A stretch of 58,177 nt of DNA. It comes from Hyphomicrobiales bacterium (GTDB lineage: Bacteria > Pseudomonadota > Alphaproteobacteria > Rhizobiales > Aestuariivirgaceae). The notes beneath the pieces are model-generated. The model saw nothing but the letters and a program-made list of their open reading frames with translations. It was not told the origin of the DNA and searched no databases. A program made the translations under genes and the position numbers. Shown here in pieces: positions 52,729 through 58,177 of the stretch; position 1 is the stretch's first letter; each line of letters starts with the position of its first letter. The stretch covers positions 1-58,177 of the forward strand of contig JAIBJH010000003.1 of assembly GCA_020029455.1 (NCBI GenBank), given 5' to 3'.

Positions 52729-53892
52729 GAAAGCTTCGCCTGCGCTAAGTTTCGGCGTGCCAAGATACAGAGCTATCGACTGGCCGATGTCGGCAAAGCT
52801 CTGGCGCTTACCGATGCCGCCGGGCTTGAGGCCAGGGCCGTAACACAGAACTGGAATCTGCTCGCGAGTGTGGTCTGTGCCGCGCCAGGTTGGGTCATTG
52901 CCGTGGTCGGCAGTCACGATGAGACGGTCACCTTCCTTGAGCAGCATCATTGCAGTGCCCAGCCACTTATCGAAATGGTTCACAGCCCCGGCATAGCCTT
53001 TTGGATCACGGCGGTGGCCGAAGTTGGTGTCGAAGTCGACAAAATTGACGAAGAGCAATCCTCCATCGCCAAGTGTCTTCATTTCCCGCGCGGTGGTTTC
53101 CATAAGCACGTCGAGGCCTGCTACCTTGACCTCTTTGCCCGTGCCGGAATGGGCGAAGATGTCACCGATCTTGCCGATGGAGATGATGGGCCTTCCTGCC
53201 TCCGTTAGCACATTGAGCAAGGTGGGCGAGGGCGGAAGGACCGCGAAATCCTTGCGGTTGCCGGTGCGGGTGAAGGTCTTGGCCGTTTCGCCGACGAAAG
53301 GCCGCGCAATGATGCGGCCGATGTTGAGTTCGTAGGTCAGCTCGCGGGCAATACGGCAGACATCGTAGAGCCTTTCGAGACCGAAATGAGTTTCATGCGC
53401 GGCAATCTGGATGACGCTGTCGGCGCTTGTGTACATGATGGGTTTGCCGGTGCGGAGATGTTCCTCGCCGAAATCCTCGATCACTTGGGTGCCGGAAGCA
53501 TGGGTGAGTGAGAGAAAACCTGGCACATTTGTTTTTCTGGTGATTTCATTAACCAGGGTGAGCGGAATGGCGGGAACCGTGTTGGGGAAATAGCCCCAGT
53601 CTTTGGCGAGCGGTACACCCGCCATTTCCCAGTGACCGGTGATGGTGTCCTTGCCTTTCGAGACCTCGCGAGCCACGCCCCAGAGGCCCCCCACTTCTGC
53701 GGGAAAGATATCCTTGCCCGTGACGAGGCCTGCTGCCTTGCTCAGGCCCAACGACACAAGATTGGGAATATCGAGTGTGGTGTTTTCCGCGATATGAGTG
53801 AAGGTATTGGAGCCTTCATCGCCAAAGGCAGCCGCATCTGGTGCTCCGCCGACGCCGAAACTGTCCATGATGAAGAGAAAGATGCGGGGCAT
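52720..53892 (-). CDS. deoB: Phosphopentomutase
   Basis: MDSFGVG, GKDT..GHWE, YTSADSV, DFD..FGHRRD, TADHGNDP and HTRE. Confidence 0.95.
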   Translation of the reverse strand: MPRIFLFIMDSFGVGGAPDAAAFGDEGSNTFTHIAENTTLDIPNLVSLGLSKAAGLVTGKDIFPAEVGGLWGVAREVSKGKDTITGHWEMAGVPLAKDWGYFPNTVPAIPLTLVNEITRKTNVPGFLSLTHASGTQVIEDFGEEHLRTGKPIMYTSADSVIQIAAHETHFGLERLYDVCRIARELTYELNIGRIIARPFVGETAKTFTRTGNRKDFAVLPPSPTLLNVLTEAGRPIISIGKIGDIFAHSGTGKEVKVAGLDVLMETTAREMKTLGDGGLLFVNFVDFDTNFGHRRDPKGYAGAVNHFDKWLGTAMMLLKEGDRLIVTADHGNDPTWRGTDHTREQIPVLCYGPGLKPGGIGKRQSFADIGQSIALYLGTPKLSAGEAFSL

Positions 53893-53893
53893 G

Positions 53894-55201
53894 TCAGGGC
53901 GCGATCCTGCGGATGATATTGGGCCCTGGCTTGTCGCTGTCCCCAATCACATAGGATGCCTTGACGATGGCTGCCGCGCGCTTGGCACTTTCTTCGTTTG
54001 CGGCGTGGACGATGCAGAGAGGTGTCTGTTTATCGGCGCGGGCACCCTTGCCCAGCAATTTGTCGAGACCCACGGCATGATCGATCGTATCGGATGCGAC
54101 ACGGCGTCCGCCGCCCAGTTCAATGACAGCGAGTCCCAACTCACGGGTTTTGATGGAGGTGACCGTGCCTTCGCTTTCGGCATGAACCGGCATTGCAATG
54201 GGCGCGGGCCTTAAGTGCTTGGCGTAGTTCGCCAGAAAATCGGCGGGTCCTCCGAGCAGGCGCACCATCTTGTCGAAGTGTTCCGCAGCCTTGCCAGATT
54301 GCAAGACGGTTGTGAGTTTCTTTCTTGCAGCTTCAATGTCCGTTGCAAGTTCCGTACTTACGAGCAGTTCTGCGCCCAAGGCCAATGTGATGTCGAGGAC
54401 GCGCGATTGAACCTCATTGTTCAGGATAAACTCCGCCGCATGGACCACTTCCAGGGCATTGCCCGCGACGGGCGCCAGCGGTTCATCCATGTCAGTGATC
54501 AGTGCCGTGGTTTTCAGTCCCGCGCCATTGGCGACGGCCACAAGGGATTCCGCCAGGGAGGCCGCTTCATCGATATTCTGCATGAAAGCGCCGGAGCCGC
54601 ACTTCACATCGAGCACCAGATGCTGAAGGCCCGCCGCGAGTTTCTTGGAGAGAATGGAGGCGGTGATGAGCGGCACGCTTTCAACCGTCGCTGTCACATC
54701 GCGGATGCCGTAGAGGCGCTTGTCGGCAGGGGCGAGATCGGCAGTCTGGCCGATGATGCAGCAGCCCGCCTCACGCGTCACCTTGCGGAAGAGATCGAGG
54801 TCGGGCTGGGTTTTGTAGCCCGGAATAGAATCGAGCTTGTCGAGCGTGCCGCCGGTGTGGCCAAGGCCGCGCCCGGATATCATCGGCACATAGCAGCCGC
54901 AGGCCGCCAGCATGGGGGCCAGCATGAGAGAAATATTATCGCCGATGCCGCCCGAAGAATGCTTGTCGACCACGGGGCCGGGCAGATCCCATTTCAGCAC
55001 CGTGCCGGAATCGCGCATGGCGAGCGTGAGCCCTACAGCCTCATCGCGGGTCATGCCTTTGAAGAAAACGGCCATGGCAAAGGCGGCTACCTGGCCCTCC
55101 GAGACTGAGCCCTTGGTAAGCCCTTCGATGAACTCCTTCACCTCGGCGGTTGAGAGCGCCGCACCATCGCGCTTCCGCCGGATGACCTCCTGCGGCAGCA
55201 C
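53894..55201 (-). CDS. deoA: Thymidine phosphorylase
   Basis: [31 protein letters not shown] and SILSKK. Confidence 0.95.
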   Translation of the reverse strand: MLPQEVIRRKRDGAALSTAEVKEFIEGLTKGSVSEGQVAAFAMAVFFKGMTRDEAVGLTLAMRDSGTVLKWDLPGPVVDKHSSGGIGDNISLMLAPMLAACGCYVPMISGRGLGHTGGTLDKLDSIPGYKTQPDLDLFRKVTREAGCCIIGQTADLAPADKRLYGIRDVTATVESVPLITASILSKKLAAGLQHLVLDVKCGSGAFMQNIDEAASLAESLVAVANGAGLKTTALITDMDEPLAPVAGNALEVVHAAEFILNNEVQSRVLDITLALGAELLVSTELATDIEAARKKLTTVLQSGKAAEHFDKMVRLLGGPADFLANYAKHLRPAPIAMPVHAESEGTVTSIKTRELGLAVIELGGGRRVASDTIDHAVGLDKLLGKGARADKQTPLCIVHAANEESAKRAAAIVKASYVIGDSDKPGPNIIRRIAP

Positions 55202-55983
55202 TATTTCAAGTCCTTGAAGAAGCGGGTGAGCAGCCGCTTCATATTGCTTGCGGCTTTTTCGCCTTCGCGCTTGGTCTCTTCATGCGAAGGACTTGCACCC
55301 TTGATGCCCGCACCGAGGTTGGTGATGACGGAGAGAGCGGCGACTTTCAATCCGAGCCTCCGCGCCATAATGGTTTCCGGTGCCGTCGACATGCCGACGG
55401 CGGAGCCGCCGATCACCTGCGCCATTTTGATCTCAGCAGGTGTTTCGAAGGAGGGGCCGGAGAACCATACGTAGACGCCCTGCTTCACGGCGATCTTCTC
55501 TTTCTTCGCGGCGGTGAGGAAAGCCTTGCGCAGCTTCGGATCATAGGCATCGGTCATGGGCACGAAATTTTCATCACCGTGCTGACCGATCAGCGGGTTC
55601 ATGCCGGAATAGTTGATGTGGTCGGTGATCAGCATGAGAGATCCTGCAGGGATCGAGAGCTTCAACGAACCCGCCGCATTGGTGAGGATCAGGGTTTCGA
55701 TGCCGGCTGCTTTCAACTGGTCGAGCACGGAGCGCATGACGGCGGCGTTGCCGCTTTCATATGGGTGGGCGCGGCCCGCCAGCACTGCGACTTCGACGCC
55801 ACCAATCTTTCCCACATGCAGCTTGCCCGCATGGCCGGAAATCTTGGGCACGGGAAAGCCTGGAAGCTCACCGTAGGGAATGACCAGTGCATCGCTCACA
55901 GCATCAACCACGGAGCCGAGCGCCGAGCCCAGGATGATGGCGTGCTTTGGCGTGCGGCCCTGCAATTTGCTGATGAGTGTCAT
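55201..55983 (-). CDS. punA: Purine-nucleoside phosphorylase (trimeric PunA/XapA type)
   Basis: GHAG, GR.H.YE, TNAAG, GPSFET.AE and VGMST.PE. Confidence 0.9.
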   Translation of the reverse strand: MTLISKLQGRTPKHAIILGSALGSVVDAVSDALVIPYGELPGFPVPKISGHAGKLHVGKIGGVEVAVLAGRAHPYESGNAAVMRSVLDQLKAAGIETLILTNAAGSLKLSIPAGSLMLITDHINYSGMNPLIGQHGDENFVPMTDAYDPKLRKAFLTAAKKEKIAVKQGVYVWFSGPSFETPAEIKMAQVIGGSAVGMSTAPETIMARRLGLKVAALSVITNLGAGIKGASPSHEETKREGEKAASNMKRLLTRFFKDLK

Positions 55984-55984
55984 T

Positions 55985-56389
55985 TCAAGTTCCCAATTTC
56001 AAGTTCTCTGGGCCGAAGGAGGCGGGCAGCAATTCATCGAGCGTGAAGGTGCGAATGAGCTTGCCGGTTTCCGTGCAGCAATGGATTTTCACGTCGCCCG
56101 CCGCAAATTCCCTGATCTTCTGGCGGCAGCCACCGCAGGGCGTGCAGAGTTGATCGCCATTGCCCATCACCACGACCTCTGTGATGCGCTTGCCGCCCTT
56201 CATGATGAGATGCGAAATGGCGGAGGGCTCGGCGCACCAGCCCTGCGGATAAGCGGCGTTTTCGATGTTGCATCCGGCATGGACGCGGCCCTGCTCGTCG
56301 CGAATGGCTGCACCCACATAAAATTTCGAATAGGGTGCGTGGGCTTTCTTGCGCGCGGCAATTGCAGCATTGACGAGGTCTTGCATCAT
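55985..56389 (-). CDS. cdd: Cytidine deaminase (homotetrameric)
   Basis: APYS.F.VGA, GCNIENA, CAE and PCGGCRQ. Confidence 0.95.
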   Translation of the reverse strand: MMQDLVNAAIAARKKAHAPYSKFYVGAAIRDEQGRVHAGCNIENAAYPQGWCAEPSAISHLIMKGGKRITEVVVMGNGDQLCTPCGGCRQKIREFAAGDVKIHCCTETGKLIRTFTLDELLPASFGPENLKLGT

Positions 56390-56400
56390 GTTTTTCCTTG

Positions 56401-56449
56401 AGGCATGGCCTTGCCGGAAAACCGCTTCACACTTTTCCGGGCCATGCCT
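56401..56449. other. Intergenic hairpin between the permease gene and cdd
   Basis: AGGCATGGCC..CCGGAAAA / TTTTCCGG.GCCATGCCT inverted repeat. Confidence 0.5.
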
Positions 56450-57393
56450 TACCTGTCCTTGGTATAGGGAATGCCAGAAGCGCGTGGCGGAATGGATTTA
56501 CCGATGAAGCCCGCCAGCAGTACGACCGTCATCACATAAGGCAGCATGTTAATGAACTGCACCGGCACTTCGAAGGTTCCAAGCCGCACACCCTGCATGC
56601 GCAAGCCCACAGCCTGCAGATAACCGAAAAGCAGGCAGGCCCAAAGGGCGGGCCAAGCGCGCCAATTGGCGAAGATCAGGGCAGCAAGCGCCATGAAGCC
56701 GCGGCCCGCTGACATGTCGCGTACGAAAGAACCTTGCAGCGCCACCGAAAGATAGGTGCCCGCCAATCCGCACAGCACGCCGGCGATGATGACGGCTTCG
56801 TAGCGCAGCCGCGCCACAGAAATGCCTGCAGTATCGACGGCGTGGGGATTTTCGCCGACAGCGCGAAGCCTCAAGCCGAAGCGGGTCTTCGCCAACGCCC
56901 AGGCGGAGAGTGCAACCAGAGCAAAGGCGAGATAGACCAGAATGGAATGGCCAGAGATAACCTTGAGATAACTCAAGGTCTCTACGCCCGGAATGTTGAA
57001 TGTTGGAAATTGCGATTCCAGCGGGATGGGCGGTGTGCGGCCGCCTTCCTTATACCATTCATTGCCCACAACCACGGCAAGACCCGCCGCCAGCATGTTG
57101 ATGGCGACACCGGAAATCACTTGGTTGCCATTGTGGGCGATCGAGGCATAGCCATGGATCAGCGCAAAGCCGACAGAGACAAGCACCGCAATCAGCATGG
57201 CCAACCATGGATTACCTAGCGAGTAAGCCGCCGATGCTGCGACAAAGGCGGAGATCAGCATCTTGCCTTCAAGGCCGATATCAACGATGCCGGAGCGTTC
57301 CGACCACAGCCCTGCCAGGCAGGCGAGGATCAGCGGCACGGACATGCGGACGGTTGAAGAAAGCGTTTCTGCAGAGAAGAAGATCTCGAACAT
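56449..57393 (-). CDS. Nucleoside ABC transporter permease (NupC-like)
   Basis: ERSG...IGLEG, GLRLRAVGENP and AGRGF.ALA; salvage operon context. Confidence 0.9.
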   Translation of the reverse strand: MFEIFFSAETLSSTVRMSVPLILACLAGLWSERSGIVDIGLEGKMLISAFVAASAAYSLGNPWLAMLIAVLVSVGFALIHGYASIAHNGNQVISGVAINMLAAGLAVVVGNEWYKEGGRTPPIPLESQFPTFNIPGVETLSYLKVISGHSILVYLAFALVALSAWALAKTRFGLRLRAVGENPHAVDTAGISVARLRYEAVIIAGVLCGLAGTYLSVALQGSFVRDMSAGRGFMALAALIFANWRAWPALWACLLFGYLQAVGLRMQGVRLGTFEVPVQFINMLPYVMTVVLLAGFIGKSIPPRASGIPYTKDR

Positions 57394-57394
57394 C

Positions 57395-58177
57395 TCAGTC
57401 CTCCGCCTTGAAGAAGAGGGCGGCGAGATAGGGCCGGAAGGCCTGTTCCAGCGCGCCCATGAAAAGGATAATCAGGCCCTGGATCACCACCACCACGTCG
57501 CGGTTGATGTGGGTCTTGGCAAAAGAAAGCTCCGTGCCGCCTTGGTAAAGCAGCCCGAAGAGCATCGCCGCCAGAACAATGCCGAAGGGATGGTTGCGGC
57601 CCATGAGCGCCACGGCGATGCCGACGAAGCCTGCACCTTGCACATATTCGAGAAGGAGACGGTGCTGGGCCGAGAGCACTTCATTAACAGCGAGAAGTCC
57701 CGCAAGCCCACCTGACACCGCCATGGCAATCATGATGATGCGGTCCGGCTTGATGCCGGCATAGATTGCGGCCTCGGTGTTTGCTCCTACGGCGCGGATC
57801 TCATAGCCGAGCTTGGTGCGCCAGAGAAAATACCAGACAGCCCAGGCGGTGAAGAGAGCGAGAAACACCGTGAGGTTCAAGGGCGAGGCCGGCAGTCGGT
57901 AGTCAAAAAGCATGCGCGCCAGTTCGCGGAAGCTGACAATATAGGCGCCGGTGATCTCGCGGCTCTCAACTGCCATCTTGCCTACCGGCCGGAACCAGTA
58001 GTTGATGAGATAGACCATCAGGCTCGAGGCTATGAAGTTGAACATGATGGTGGTGATGACGATGTGGCTGCCGCGCTTGGCCTGCAGATAGCCGGGCACA
58101 AAACCCCAGAAGGCGCCAAAGAGTGCCGACGCAATGATGGCCAGCGGAATGACGATGGGCCAAGGCAGGAATTCCAG
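57395..58177 (-). CDS. Nucleoside ABC transporter permease (NupB-like), 5' end outside the window
   Basis: VITTIM.NFI, GYEIRAVG.N..AA.YAG and GF.GIAVALMGRNHP; frame open to the window edge. Confidence 0.9.
   Translation of the reverse strand: MEFLPWPIVIPLAIIASALFGAFWGFVPGYLQAKRGSHIVITTIMFNFIASSLMVYLINYWFRPVGKMAVESREITGAYIVSFRELARMLFDYRLPASPLNLTVFLALFTAWAVWYFLWRTKLGYEIRAVGANTEAAIYAGIKPDRIIMIAMAVSGGLAGLLAVNEVLSAQHRLLLEYVQGAGFVGIAVALMGRNHPFGIVLAAMLFGLLYQGGTELSFAKTHINRDVVVVIQGLIILFMGALEQAFRPYLAALFFKAED

Overview
Core-genome window from a GC-rich alphaproteobacterium (Hyphomicrobiales/Rhizobiales-like gene content and order). From left to right it holds: an HTH-S24 repressor/DUF952/pyrD block, a GT2 glycosyltransferase, a Tad/Cpa pilus locus with no Flp pilin gene, EamA, ALDH, a class A PBP, phaZ, senC-regB-regA, mmcB, a TRAP transporter, aspA, chvI-chvG-hprK-EIIA-HPr, frcRBCAK, rpsT-dnaA-dnaN-recF-gyrB, choXWV and a nucleoside uptake/salvage operon. 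I saw no rRNA, tRNA, CRISPR array, transposase or prophage. The best leads are three. (1) The self-cleaving-type repressor has related AGGAA-N4-TTCCT-like palindromes over its own promoter and over a near-consensus sigma70 promoter just past its stop codon; that second promoter fires into an ORF-poor, hairpin-rich region, suggesting a repressor-controlled ncRNA module. (2) Convergent dctM and dctP both appear 3'-truncated and fused at about 27821 (deletion or misassembly). (3) A 117-bp RIME-like repeat occurs in two copies, each supplying a gene's C-terminus and stop codon. All calls are by eye; no database searches were run.
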